The translations under genes were made by a program, and so were the position numbers. This document shows, piece by piece, positions 35,791-52,480 of a stretch of DNA of 64,000 nucleotides (position 1 is its first letter; every line of letters starts with the position of its first letter). The notes below the pieces were generated by a model that made no database searches, was not told where the DNA came from, and saw only the letters and a program-made list of their open reading frames with translations. Location of the stretch: NCBI RefSeq assembly GCF_009914755.1, contig NC_060941.1. One strand, written 5' to 3'. The stretch comes from the human T2T-CHM13v2.0 reference genome, Homo sapiens.

Positions 35791-36506
35791 CTCAGGCCTG
35801 ATCTCCTAAGGAACCACGTTCTCCTCTCCTCAATTCCAGATTCCCCAAATGCCTGAAAACCGAGCTTACAGGATGGCGAAATCTGACCTGAACCAACCTG
35901 AGATTAAGTTGCAGTTTCACTTATCTGGCTGCACGTGAATACTTACATGTTTGCTGATGGAAAAAAAAAGAAAAAGAAAAAAAAAGTACATGTTTGATTA
36001 CAAGAATGCGGTCCCAGGTACCCTGAGGGTGCCATTCTATACACGCACCAAATTGTTTCTAAAATCTAAAGAATTCTGAATTCCAAAGCACATCTGGCCC
36101 CAAGGTTTTAAGTAAGAAACTGTGGGTCTGTGTTATACCCATTTTACAGAGCAGCCCGGGCTCAGAGAGGTCAAGTCACAGCCGGAAACAAGCCAGTGGG
36201 TCTAAGCCCGAGTTCCTGTCTTCCTCACGGGGCTGCACACAAGGCTCTGCCTACCCTGTCTGTCCCACTCCCTCTCCTGTCCTTCCTCTGGGAAGCTCTC
36301 CTTGTCCACTACAGCCAAAGACATCATCCTTCTTGGCAAACGACCTTTCCCCTCCTGGGTCACAGAGCCAATGCCTACCACTTACAGGCAGTTGTTGGGA
36401 GACAAGAAATCTCAAGTGACTAAGCCCAGACTCAGGGCTCCAGCTCCCCAGGCCCTAGCCTTGGTTTGGCCACTTTTCAGCTGTGTGACCTTGGGTAGGT
36501 TACCTA

Positions 36507-36998
<492 letters not shown>

Positions 36999-37995
36999 CT
37001 ACCCTCATCTTTAAGAACACCTCCTGGGCATTCGTCCGGCCAGCCGACTGCTTTTGGGAGCTAAGAGAAAGAGCTTGAGGTGAATAATCTTTCTGGTGAT
37101 GCTGGGAGAGCAGAGGACCTTCAAGATCACCTGACCTGACATTTGGTGGATGAGAAAACTGAGTACTCAGGAGGGAAGTGACCTATGAAAGTCACAAAAA
37201 TCTTTCCTGGTGCAGCGGCTACCAAAAGCCAGTCCAGAGTCCCTGCCCCACCCCCACCCCTACCCCCTGGGTATGGTGTTAGAGGAGAAGGACCCAGTGA
37301 ATTCAGGACCTGGGAGTTCACAGCCCTCCCCTTACCCAGCTGGGAATCCCCACTGGGAGCGGGGGTCATCTGGGAGGCCTCCTTTCTCCCACATCCCCCA
37401 CGCAAGTTTCAGTGTGTTTCAGGCCCTGGGCTGGGGCCACCAGGCCTCTGTCTGCCTCCCTGAACAGGAGAGCCACTGAACGTCAACCTCAAACGAATGA
37501 GAAAGCTGGCCTTGAACAAGTTTCACTTCCCAAGGGCTGTGGTGGCTACAATCTGGGCAGCGGCATCCCCAGTGCTCTCTTGCCAGCTCCTTGCAAAACC
37601 CCGCCCGGCTCACTGAATGCAGGACCCTCCTTCTCCCTTCTCCCTGGCCCCAGGGACTGATCCAGGCCCCCAGCAGGGGAGAAGGGGCCTCCTGAGCATG
37701 TACCTCTCCAGCCCATAGAGCCCCCCTTCCAACCCAGCAGTTCCCCAGCCTCTGCCTGCGCAAGCTGGGGTGTCCATGCCAGATAGGACAACACTTTGAC
37801 CTTCCCAGCATGTCTCCTCTCTGTTCCATCCCCATCCACACATCCACCGCCTTAGCAGAGACCCTCTCCTCTCTTTCCCTGCAGCCTGGCAGCGTGTGGA
37901 GTCCTAGTGTGTAGACTTTGTCATCAGACACCCCACGTTCACCTTCTGATGCCACCACTCCTAGCTGTTTGGCAGTTCTAAATGTCTGCAAATTA

Positions 37996-39215
<1,220 letters not shown>

Positions 39216-40647
39216 TGGTCTGTGATGTTAAACCACGTCAGCTCTTTTTACTATTTAGCTCTCTCCCCTATCCCCCCCCATTAGAGTGTGAGCTCCATGA
39301 AGGCAGGGAGGTTTCTTTGCATTGTAATCTGCTGCATCCTCAATGCCTACAACAGTGCCTAGCACATAATAGGTGCTTAATAAACATTCCTTGAATGCAT
39401 AAGTGAATGGATGCATAACGTGCCCACTACTGTGGGGCCAAAACCAGCTGTAGACTGGGCACTGCTCTCTCCTCTGTGAAATGGAAGCTGTGGCACTGCC
39501 TACCCATCAGGGGTGTGGTGAGGTCACTGGAAAGGGTGACCTAATACGTTGCTAATGCTCAGATGGGGATTGCTGGGAGTGTTGCCTTTCTCAGTTGTCA
39601 CAGGGCCACTAGGCGAGTCCCTCCATCTGGAAAGACAAATCCAGGCTTCCTGTTGCCCCTGGCCCAGACTCCATGAAGACACAAAACCTGTGAGCTTCCT
39701 TAGAGATCCCATACTCCCTCCCTGTTTGTACTCCAATTCCAGCTCTGGCCCACTGATCACTTGTTGAAATCCTGGAGTTTCAGGACCAGGCTTCATCCCC
39801 TTTATCCCAGGGTCTATCCCCCCTCCTGCCCAGCGCTGGAGAATGGACAATGAGTTGTTCAGAGCGTCCATTGAGATCACCTGATGAAAGAAAGAAAGAA
39901 AGGAAGGAAAGAAAGGACAGGAAAGGAAAAGAAAAAGAAAAAGCCAAGACGATGGATCACACAGCCAATGTCTTCCCATTTCCTGCCCAGAAGGTAGGAA
40001 TCTCATGCTGAGCCTATCAGGACAAAGGAAATGCTGACGTTAAACAGGCCCCACCTGCACACACAGACAAGGTAGCGGTGGCCCTCTGGGAGGCACCTGC
40101 TTTCTCTTCAAACAGAGCAGAGAATGAGGGGGTCCTGGTGGCTAATACAGAGCCCCAGGCTCCCCCAACCCTCCTGACGGTTGAAGAGCAGTTTCTGTGC
40201 CGTTAGGTGGCACCTCTCTGGTGCCTGCAGAGATTATCTACAAAGGAGCAGGGCTGAAGGGATGGGGCCTGCCCCCTGTGCCTTTCAGCTGTTTACACCT
40301 GGCTCTGCCCCAGAGTGTAGAGGAAGGGAGTGAACTGGGGGAGACTAGTGTTGTTGGCCTGGAAAGACCTAGGCAAAACTCAATTTGAGCAGTTTAGGGG
40401 TTAAAGGCCGTCCTAGAAAAGCTAGCCTCTGCTAACAGCTAGTTAACTTTGCACCCTCCTTGGGACCCTCCCTCCCTCCAGTGTTATCCTCCCACCATCC
40501 CCACATCCTTATCTTACCCCCACCTCTCACTCCTGGCCCTGGGGGGAAGCGTCCCAGCAGCCCTGTTCAGAGGAAGCACCTCGTTGCCAGGACGTGGAGG
40601 TAGGCCAATTCCAAACCCTTCTTCCTTCAACCCTTGGCTGCTGCTGC

Positions 40648-41250
<603 letters not shown>

Positions 41251-43526
41251 CTCGGTTCCTCTGAACACACCAACCACCCATGCCCCTGCCAGTGCTGGTG
41301 CCCCCCACCTCCCAGCCACTCCCCCTCACTGGGGCACCTTTAGCTCCTGGCTCACTGCCTGTGGTCCACCCAGCCTCATTCAAAATGACTCTAACATCCA
41401 CACGGTGCCTCGTCTGCATCCTGACCTCCTCGCCTCCAGACATTACTTTCTCCACTGCACCCAGCTGTCCACTCCCACCGTCACATCCTACACCTTGTCC
41501 TCTTTTCTCACAGCACCATCCCTGAATTTTTACCCTGACCACACCTCTTATCCTTCCAGTTCTCTTTCTCTGGGGCAGGTTCCTTCTAAAGTTCTACTTT
41601 CTCTCCGGCCATCCAACCCCCCCTTCTTTCCCTCCTTTTCCACCTTGGGGTCCCTGGTCTACCATGTTGATTATTGTCTTGCAACAGCCCCAGCTCTTGT
41701 TTCTTGCTCCCCTTGTCGTCTTCAGCTGGCAGAACCTCACTGTGGCAAAGCCAACTGTGCACTTTTCCCCCGGCTGCACCAGGGAAGCCGAAGTTGCTGA
41801 GCCTATCTCATAGCCAGGCTGCCTGATGGTGCACATTAACCTGAAATGCACGCATGGCACTGCCTGGAAGCTGTTCCACTTTCTTGCCGGACACTGTCAG
41901 AGCTGATCGAATGTAAGAGGTGAAAGAGAGAAGGGATGCAGAAATTAGAAATTTCTGGCTGGGGCAATAGAGTTCTAGTAGTACCATTTTCTGAAATGAT
42001 GGGGAGAAAGCGGTTTGGAAGAGAAATAATGGCTTCCGCAGTTGGTTCCACAGTTTTACCTCCTACATAGACCCTAAGCTAATGCCAGTCTTTCTGCATC
42101 CTCTAACTCTAGCTTGGCCCCATGATCTTGTTAAAATGTCAACCAGAATGCATCCCTCACCTTTGTAGAGGCTTTCTGTGGATTTGCATCTCACTGCAGA
42201 ATTAATCCAGATGTCTACAAGCCTTTCCCAGTCTGGCTGCTGGCTCCTACCTCAAACCTTCCACTTCCCACTTCACCCCCATCAAACATTCCCATTCTCC
42301 GTAGACACCGACCACCTTCCTCTCCTCCTCCAGTGCCTGAGCACTGTCCCACCCAGGACCTTTGTACCTGCCGTGTTCCCTGCCTGTCAATGATTGCACA
42401 AATAAAGGGATGTGTGGATGGATGGATCCCTTTCTCTAGGGATGCTGGTACTGGATGGAAAATCACTCTGGAAACTGCCTCATGCTGCACATGGTAGGTG
42501 TTTTGCCCTGGCACCACACCTGACACACAGTAAGTGCTAAATAAGTGCTGATAAATGAACTTGTGTCACACGAGGCGGGATTTAGGGTGTGTAGGAAGTG
42601 TACACAAAGAGCCAGGGGCAGTGGGGTCTCAGAATAGGAAGGGGGTGAGGGAGGGTGAGGGCTCCCACTGCCCGGCCCTGCCCTGCCTGCTGGGCACTCC
42701 ATCCTCCGACTGTCTACTCCAACTGCATCCCATCCCCCTCACACATCCTGCTGGTTCCCTGTGCCAGGCCTCTGCTCACCAAGGACCTCCATCCTAGAAT
42801 GCCTTCAGAAGGGCCAGCTTTCACGGAGCCCTCCCAAGCTAGCTCAGCAATTGCCTGATTCCTTTGCAGTTGTTGATTAAACAGCTACTGTATGTTCACC
42901 ATGGTCCTGAGCATTCATAATTGGGGAAACAGCTGAGGACAAGATGGAGGGCCCTGCCCTCATGCAGCTCACATTCTAGTGGGACAGAGCAAACTCACCA
43001 GAAATCAAAACGTCAACCTCCTCCAGGAAGCCTTCCCTACCCTTGTCCCCAAATCTCTGGTCTCCCTCAGGCCCTATGCCCCTCCCCCACGACACGCACC
43101 ATCCTGTACTGTGAATTTCTCTCTGTATCTGACTCCGCGTGGGAGATAAGAAGACAGGGTTCTTGCCGTTTCCATCTTATTCTGACCAGCACAAGGCCAG
43201 CACTTGGTGGTAACTGTACCTGTGGGTTGACTTCCACCGGTGGAAAAGGTGGGGCTGAGGGACGGGCATGGCCACAGCCAGGGGCTGTGTAAGTGCCTGC
43301 ATATTTGGGGAGAGCAAGGAGTGCAGGGGAGCGGGGTGAAGTGAGATGCTCATTGTCTCGCCAGATCTTGGAGGGCAGCACAGGTTTCAAAGGGGTTCTA
43401 TGGCAATTTTCTTGTTAAAGGAATATGGCCCAATTTATCAAACCACAAAGGGAACTGTGAACTCAGTCACACGCAAAGTCATATCAAAACAAGGTGCCCC
43501 TTTCTTCCCCCTGCACCTGCTGATTA

Positions 43527-43842
<316 letters not shown>

Positions 43843-44870
43843 GCATCCCTTTCTTATGCAGCAAGTGCCTGGCTTAGGGAACCTGTTACCCTTCTGCAAT
43901 GAAGTAGAAGTTGGAGGTGCTCTTATGGGTGACCTATCCATATAGGGTGCTAAAGGGAACTGGAATGACTTGGGGACATCCCTAACCTTTGAGGCTGACG
44001 TCATGGTGATAACCACTCACCCACAACACATCTTGTGGTGCCAGTTCTCCATAAGATGGATAAGGTCCCTAAACACACGGCTGCACGTCTGATGTTCTTA
44101 TGAGCACGCAAAAGGAACCAGGCCCTCCCTGCCAGGAAGCTGCAGGGAAATTAGAATCATTTGACGAGTTGTCCATTCTTTCATTTGTCTAGTAAGGAGG
44201 TACTGAAAGCCTCCTCCTAGGAGCCGAGTATGGTGCCAACAGCTACAGGAATGGCAAACCATATAAATAGCCCAAACAGGATATAATTAGCGTCGGACGT
44301 GCACATGTCATGGGTGGAATGATGCAGAAAGAGTGATGCAGCCCCCATCTGGGGCTGGCATCACATGGGACGAGGCGCTTGAGCTAGACATGGAAGGATG
44401 AGCAGTGTGATCGCCAGGTGGAAAGGCATTACAGAGGAACGGCATGTGCAAACACCTGGGGGTGCAAGGAGGTGTGTGTGAAACAGCAGGGCTGGTTCAG
44501 GGAGCAGCAGGCAGCTATCCCACTCACGCAGTGTGTTTAGTGCTGGGCCTCTTCATCCCCCGACTTAGCAAGTCCATCATTCTCTAAGGTGATTTATAGG
44601 TAAGGAAGCTGATGCTCAGAGAGTCTGGGTAACTTGCTTAGAGTGCCACAGCCAGTGGCACAGCTCAGATTCAAAGTCAAGTTTGTCAACTTCACAAATC
44701 TGTGTTCTTTTTTTTTAAGCTCCCCTTTCCCAAATCTGTGCTCTCAACTACCATGCGGAACTGTCTTTATAATATGATGCAGGACCTCTAAGCCAGGCAT
44801 GGCAATTTGGACTTGATCCAAGGCAAAGTTCCTCCAAATACCTGCTATTTGCACTGTACCTTCAAGTTAA

Positions 44871-45612
<742 letters not shown>

Positions 45613-45614
45613 TT

Positions 45615-46760
45615 AAATAATTTTTTATTGATGCATAATGTACATATGAAAGAGTACACAAATCAATCACTTTTCATTTGTGTAAGAACACAATAATTTT
45701 TCACCCAGGTCCAAAACAGAATATTATGAGTCTTCAGCAGCCCCCTCCAATGAACAACTCCACAGGGTAACCACTCTCCAAGCTTTAACAGCATAGATTA
45801 ATTTTGCCTGCTTTTGAGTTTTATATAAATGGAACCATAACAACTGCTCTTTTTTGTGCCTGGCTTCTTTTGCTCAGCATTTGTGTGGCTTAATTCATTT
45901 TCACTTGATACAGAATTCTATTATGTGAATATACCACGTTACCCATTCTACTGATGAACATACAGGTTATTTTTCATTTTTGGCTGTGATGAATAAAGCT
46001 GCTATGAACATGCTTGTGCATGACTTTGGTAAATGCCATGTACTCATTTCTGCTGGAATTATACCTAGGCATTGAATTCCTGGGTCATAGGGTAGTGTAG
46101 ATATGTTTAGCTTCAGCAGATATGGCCAGTTTCCAACGTAGTTGTTACAGTTTATATCTTCACTGGAAGTAAATCAGACTTCCAATTGTTCCACACCCCT
46201 GCCAACATTCGATACTGTCTTTTTCGCTTTAGCCCTGTGGGTGTATAGTGATATCATGCTGTGGTTTTGCATATCTCTGAGACTAATGAAATTGATCACT
46301 TTTCATGTTTATTGGCCACTCACATATCCTCTTTTGTTAAGTTTTAAGGCCTTTGCCCATTTTTATTTCTATTGATTTTTTAAATTGATAAGTAAGAGTT
46401 TTTTTTTGTTTTTTTTTTTTGAGACAGGGTTTCACTCTGTCACCCAGGCTGGAGTACAGTGGTGCAATCTTGGCTCACTGCAACCTTCGCCTCCTGGGCT
46501 CAAGTGATTCTCATGCCTCAGCTTCCTGAGTAGCTGGAATTACAGGCGTACACCACCATGCCCAGCTAATTTTTGCATTTTTAGTAGAGACAGGTTTTGC
46601 CATGTTGGCCAGCCTAGTCTCGAACTCCTGGCCTCAAGTGATCCATCAGCCTCAGCCTCCCAAAGTGCTGAGCCACCGCACCCCGCCAAGAGTTCTTGAT
46701 ATATTTGGGATGTTATTTCTTTGATAGATATGCAATTTGCAATATTGTCTCCCAAATAAA
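45615..46760 (-). mobile_element. Old L1M(E)-like 3' fragment (antisense) with an Alu insert at 46400-46687
   Basis: tttgcctgcttttgagttttatataaatgga..., gaataaagctgctatgaaca. Confidence 0.7.
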
Positions 46761-47407
46761 TTTATTTTATGGAACATTACTACCATAACTAAAGACCCAA
46801 TATCACATGTCACATATAGTAGGTAACTGTAAAATAAATAAAATTAAGACCATGTTATCTTTCCATTCTAGCTTGATATCTTGCTGCTGGTGGCTGTGGC
46901 TGGGATCCTGATCCCTGCAAAAACGAGAGATTAGCAAGAGAAAAACAGATGTGAAGGATAACAGGGAGACTCTCCTTGGTGTACTCAAAAGGCTGGACAG
47001 AGTTAGAGAAGAAACAAGTTCCTCATTTTGCAACTACTAAAGATCACTGCAGTGCACCTTTGGTACATGGTATGGGGGTCCTTGAACCTCCTAGAATCAT
47101 GCCATATGCCACTCACTTTGTGAGTCCTCCACTTAGGGAAACACAACTGTATGGGATGTGGATGCAATGAGGTTGGTAAGCAGGGGTTGACATAATAAGA
47201 GTGGTGTTTTAGAGAAATCAAGTGGCAATGAGCACAGAAGCAAAGGCGGAGGAGGGGAGCCTGAGGGAGGAGCAGTTGAGGAGATCCAGGTGGCAAACGG
47301 GGAGGGTCTAAGCCAGGAGTGAGCCAGGGGCTGGGGTGGCGTGGGGTGGGAAAGATTGGAGGTAGAATCTGGGAAAGCAGTGACTGGTTGATGGGTTGAT
47401 GTGTTAA

Positions 47408-47723
<316 letters not shown>

Positions 47724-47861
47724 AACACTGGGATTTCTAAACTGGGGGACTGGGAGGAGAGAGGTAGCAAAGACAGGAGAAGGAAATTATGGGGAGAGAG
47801 GAGATGACAAAATCAATCTGGGATACATTGAATTGGAAGTGTTTACATGACCTCAGAGGGA

Positions 47862-47904
47862 GATTCATTCATTCATTCATTCATTCGTTCATTCATTCAT
47901 TCAT
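47862..47904. repeat. (TTCA)n, L2 tail
   Basis: Seen directly, followed by antisense L2 3' sequence. Confidence 0.85.
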
Positions 47905-49439
47905 ATTTACCGAACATGTGCTGGCACCAGGCATGCAGCTGTCCATCAGACAGACAAAATTCCTGCTGTAATGGAGCTTAACGTTTGTGGGAAAGACAGA
48001 TGGGGGAAGGACAGATAAAGACAAGCAAATAAAGAGGAAGTGGTGGGAGGTATGCCTGGGGCTCAGGGCTCCAGGCTGTGGAATGGATTTGGGGCCTGGC
48101 AGCAGAAGGGCAGCAGTTACAGCTGGCTGGATGGGTGAGCTTGCCTAGGGAGGGGGCAGAGTGAGCTGAGCAGAGGAGAGGGCGGCCTGCCAGCATTTAC
48201 AGGCCACAGGGGAACGAGTGCCCACAAGGAAAACCACCAAGGAGCAATCAGAGGGGCAACCAGTCACAGGAGGAGGCTTCAAAGATATGACAACTGGCAC
48301 ATTCATGCATTTATTCAATCTAACTTCACTTGACCCCTTCTGTGTGCCAAGCTCTGGGTGATCAGAAATGAATGAGAAGCCTCTGGAGGTGACAGGTGTG
48401 TTGTGTGCCAGTGACGAGACCAGGCCACATGAAGGAGATTCTATTACGAAGTCCACATGCCCATGCATTGTGGGGGCACAGATGATGGGGGCTCACATTT
48501 TTTAAGCCTGATATATGCAAGGCCCTGGGGAAGGCTTCGTGGTGGTGGGGCAGGAGGCAGAGAATGGGGGCGAGGGCGTGGCGGCGAGACCCACATGGCT
48601 TGCACGGACAGCAGAGGCATCCCGGGAGGCTGGGCATTGGCGTGAGAGCGGAGAGAGTCAGCCAGAGGACAAGGAGCCGAGGACGGGGCAAAGATCGCAC
48701 AGGGAGAGTGAGCTGAGCTCTGAAGGGCATGGAGGACCCGTGCGGGTTTTGAGGAGAGTACCTGCTGCTCAGGAATGTTCCACCAAGCAGACAGGAGTCA
48801 GAGGCGGCTGAATGCCAAGGCCCCTGGGATACTGGGGACAGAGCACCTCTTCCTGGCTCCTCAGCACTTAGCAGGTGCCAGAGCTCAGTAAGCGCCCACT
48901 CTGCGCCCTGCACAAGTGCGGGATCCACGCAGCCCACAGCATGCTGGGTAAGGCACTGAGTGGGGGGCGGTGGGGCATCTGGAAAGGCATCTTGCAGGGA
49001 GGCAAGAGCCAGGTATAGAGCGTGGGAGCAAAGAGGGGCTAGCACACGCTCCAGGGTCTGGGGAGACTTCTCTTGGGAGAATCCTTGGTTGCTGAGGATG
49101 GGAAGGATGGGTGAGGCAGAGGTGCCAATGCCCGGCCCGGTGGCCTGAGCCCAGATCCGCCCTCTGATGGGGAACCCCAGGCCCACAGGGACCTCCCTCT
49201 GCCTGACCCCAGACCTCCTCTTCCTGGTCCAAGCCTCACCTCACCTTCTCCTCGACTACATGTCATCAGCCTCATCCCCCAGCCTCGAAGCTCAGGATTG
49301 GCCGGAAACATGGGGGCTGGGGTCAAGAGAGGGCGAAGACTTCAGGATTCTCTTGGCCCCATGCATAGCAGCCCAAAACTCCCTCTAACACTCCCTGCTG
49401 TTCCCGCCTCGGAATCGCCCCTTGGGCAAAAGGCCTCTG

Positions 49440-49453
49440 GCGCCCCCTACTGG
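49440..49453 (-). promoter_or_regulatory. Consensus CTCF motif CCAGTAGGGGGCGC
   Basis: Exact match to the CCASYAGRKGGCRS core on the minus strand, in non-repeat sequence. Confidence 0.65.
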
Positions 49454-49669
49454 CAGTTCAGCTTCAAGACTCCCAAGCCCTCACGCTTCAACCCTGTCTG
49501 AAGTGAGGTCCAGCCTGAACACTTCTAGGGCCAATTCCAGGCTGCAGAGAGGTGGTGTGGGGCCTGGGCCAGGACGGAAGTCTTGTGATATTTCCTTGAA
49601 CACCAGCAGCTTCCTAATTGGTCCCCTCCCTCCCTCCTTCAGCCACAGCTGGGAAAATCTCTTTAAAAG

Positions 49670-50220
49670 CATATTTGTAGGATACCACTCAGGAGTAACA
49701 AGTAATGAACTATTGATACCCAACAATGACTTGAATGGATCCTAAGGGCATTATGCAGAGTGCAAAAAGCCAGCCTTGCAAGGTTGCATACTGTATATTT
49801 CCATCCATTAACATTCTCAAAAGAAGCAAATTATAGAGATGGATAAAGACAAGGTTGCCAGGGATTAGGGAAGGAGCGGGAGGATGTCAGTGGAAAGGGA
49901 AGCATAAGAAGTTTCTTTTGAGATGATGGAACATTCTGTATCTTGGTTGCTGCAGTGCTGGCTATACATGAATCTATGCATGTGATAAAATGTCATGGAA
50001 TTATACACAAAGACAAACAAAAATGAGTGCATGCAAAGAATGGTGAAATCAAGCAAGGTCTATAGTTAGTTACATCGCTTTCCTGGTTTTGATAAGGCAC
50101 AATGGTTACGTAAGACGGCACCACCAGGGGAAGCCAGGTGCTGGCTGCACCAGGCCTGTCTGTACTATTTATGTAACTTCTTGTAAGTCAATAATTCTTT
50201 CAAAATAAAAAGTTTATAAA
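49670..50220 (+). mobile_element. L1MC/MD-like 3' end
   Basis: gggcattatgcagagtgcaaaaagccag..., ttcctggttttgata..., ends tcaaaataaaaagtt. Confidence 0.7.
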
Positions 50221-51035
50221 AACGGAAAAGCATCTCTGGCCATATTGTCCACCTGGTCATCACCTAGTGGCACCCACTGGGCCATAAAGGATGAAGTCCA
50301 TTCTCCCAGCAGGGCACAGAGCCCTTCATGGGCTGGCCCTTTCTTCTGGAATGACATTTGCCATCTCTCTTAATATACCAAGCCCTGCTCTGAGACTGGC
50401 AACGAAACAAGAATATCCACTCTTGGAGGACACAGGGGGCTGTACCTCACTCACAGCTCCAGTTCTACCCGGCAGGGCCTCTCTTGTTGATACCAGTGGG
50501 TCCCCTCCTGTACTGGCCTGAGGAGACAGTCATCTGCTTCTGATGCTCTTGCCCAAGCCAGACAAAAGTACCTTTCCCTACAACACTGCTGGACTGAAGA
50601 CTTGAAAAAGGACGGCTCCAGTGCTCTGAAAACCAAAGAGTCACTGGCTCAATGTGCTCTACTGTCCACCAGGCGATCTGGCTGCACCCCAGGGGCTCCT
50701 CTACAGCCCTTCCACGTCTTGTCCCACCGCAGAGGCTGTCTCACCCCAGGACCCAGGACTATCCTTGGGCCTGAGGAACAAAGACTATCAAGACTTTGCA
50801 AATGTTCCAGGTGCAAATGTTCCACCACCAGGTGCTGGGCCGTGCGTGTTGCACATGTCATTTTATAATGGTGAGAAGTTTCTGAGGTAGGCGTGAATTC
50901 CTAACTTTACAGATGAGCACACTGAAGTGAACCACTTGCCCAAGATCACTTTATAGGAAATGGCAGAGCTAGGGATTGAACTCCAGCTGTCTTCCTTTTC
51001 GTGTATCAGCTCATTAATGGGTATCTTTTAAACAC

Positions 51036-51331
<296 letters not shown>

Positions 51332-51334
51332 TCT

Positions 51335-52480
51335 TAAACACCTTTTATGTGCCAGGCACTGTGCATACGATGGTGAGCAACGACAGAGTCCCCACCATTC
51401 TGGGCTTATAGTATCATGGCAGGGAAGTCCAGACAGCAATAAATAATCATGATATATGAGGGTAAAATGACAAATTTAGATAAGAGAAGCATATGGGTCT
51501 TTGATGATGTGTAGCAAACAACGCTGACCTAGCTGGGCATTGGAAGGAGCTGCCCAAGGAAGTTACCTGAGCACAGTGCTAAAAGATGACTAAGTAAAGG
51601 GAGAAGAGAACTACAAAGAGAACACAGCACATGCAAAGGTCCTGGGGCAGAGGGAGTGTGAAACATTTGTGAAATCGATGGGAGGCCAGTGTAGCTGCAG
51701 TCCAGAAACCAAAGAGCATGTAAGGCACAGGACCGAGCAAGTGTTCACTGCAGCCAGACTGTGTTCTCAGAGCCTTGTGAGTATTGTCTCATGGCATCTT
51801 CACAACCACCTGCTGCTATTGCATCCCCATTCTCCAGGTGAAAAAACTGGGGCACAAAGGAATGAGTCAGTTATCCAGAAGCATCTGGCAAGGGCAATGT
51901 GGAGCTCACATTTGAATCCAGGGAGCCTGACTCCAGAGCCCATGCTCTGAGCCACTGCCTCACACTGGTTCACGAGAGAAGGCAGGCCATGCTGAAGCTT
52001 GGTCTTTTCCTTAGATGAGAGGAAAGGTTTTTAGGCAGGGTGATAACTTAATCAGACATGTGTTTTGAAATGAGGCTGGATGCAGTGGGGGCAATGAGGA
52101 CGCGGGATGGGGAAGGGGGCTGGGAGCTGCTGCAGGGTCCAGGCCGGAGATATTAACCCCTTAGACCAGGAAGGGGCCCTAGTGATGGAGAGGGGTGGAT
52201 CAGACAGGAAGGACTAACAGATACAGATCGGGCATGGAGGCAGGAGAGACAGATGAGATGGAGGGAGCAGGCCACATTCCCAGGTTTCTGGCTCACCTGA
52301 CTCGGGGGATGATGGACCCTTTGCCTGGGACAGGTAAAACCCTGGAGGAGTACAAGGTTTGGGGAAAATCACAAATCCAGTCTTGGGCTGAGGACCGTCC
52401 CAGAGCAGATGTCAGGTTGTCAGAGGACACCAGGATTGGGAGCTTAGAGAGCAGTCAGGCCAGGCACTATGGATCAGTGA
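51335..52480. mobile_element. L2 remnant with an embedded MIR
   Basis: tatgtgccaggcactgtg..., aacagcacatgcaaaggtcctgggg..., ggaaaggtttttaggcagg. Confidence 0.55.

Noticed and set aside
48362-49186. 274-aa ORF (minus strand), the longest in the window
   Set aside because: Non-ATG start, Pro/Leu/Ser-rich low-information composition, overlaps decayed L2-like sequence, no domain or supported exon structure.
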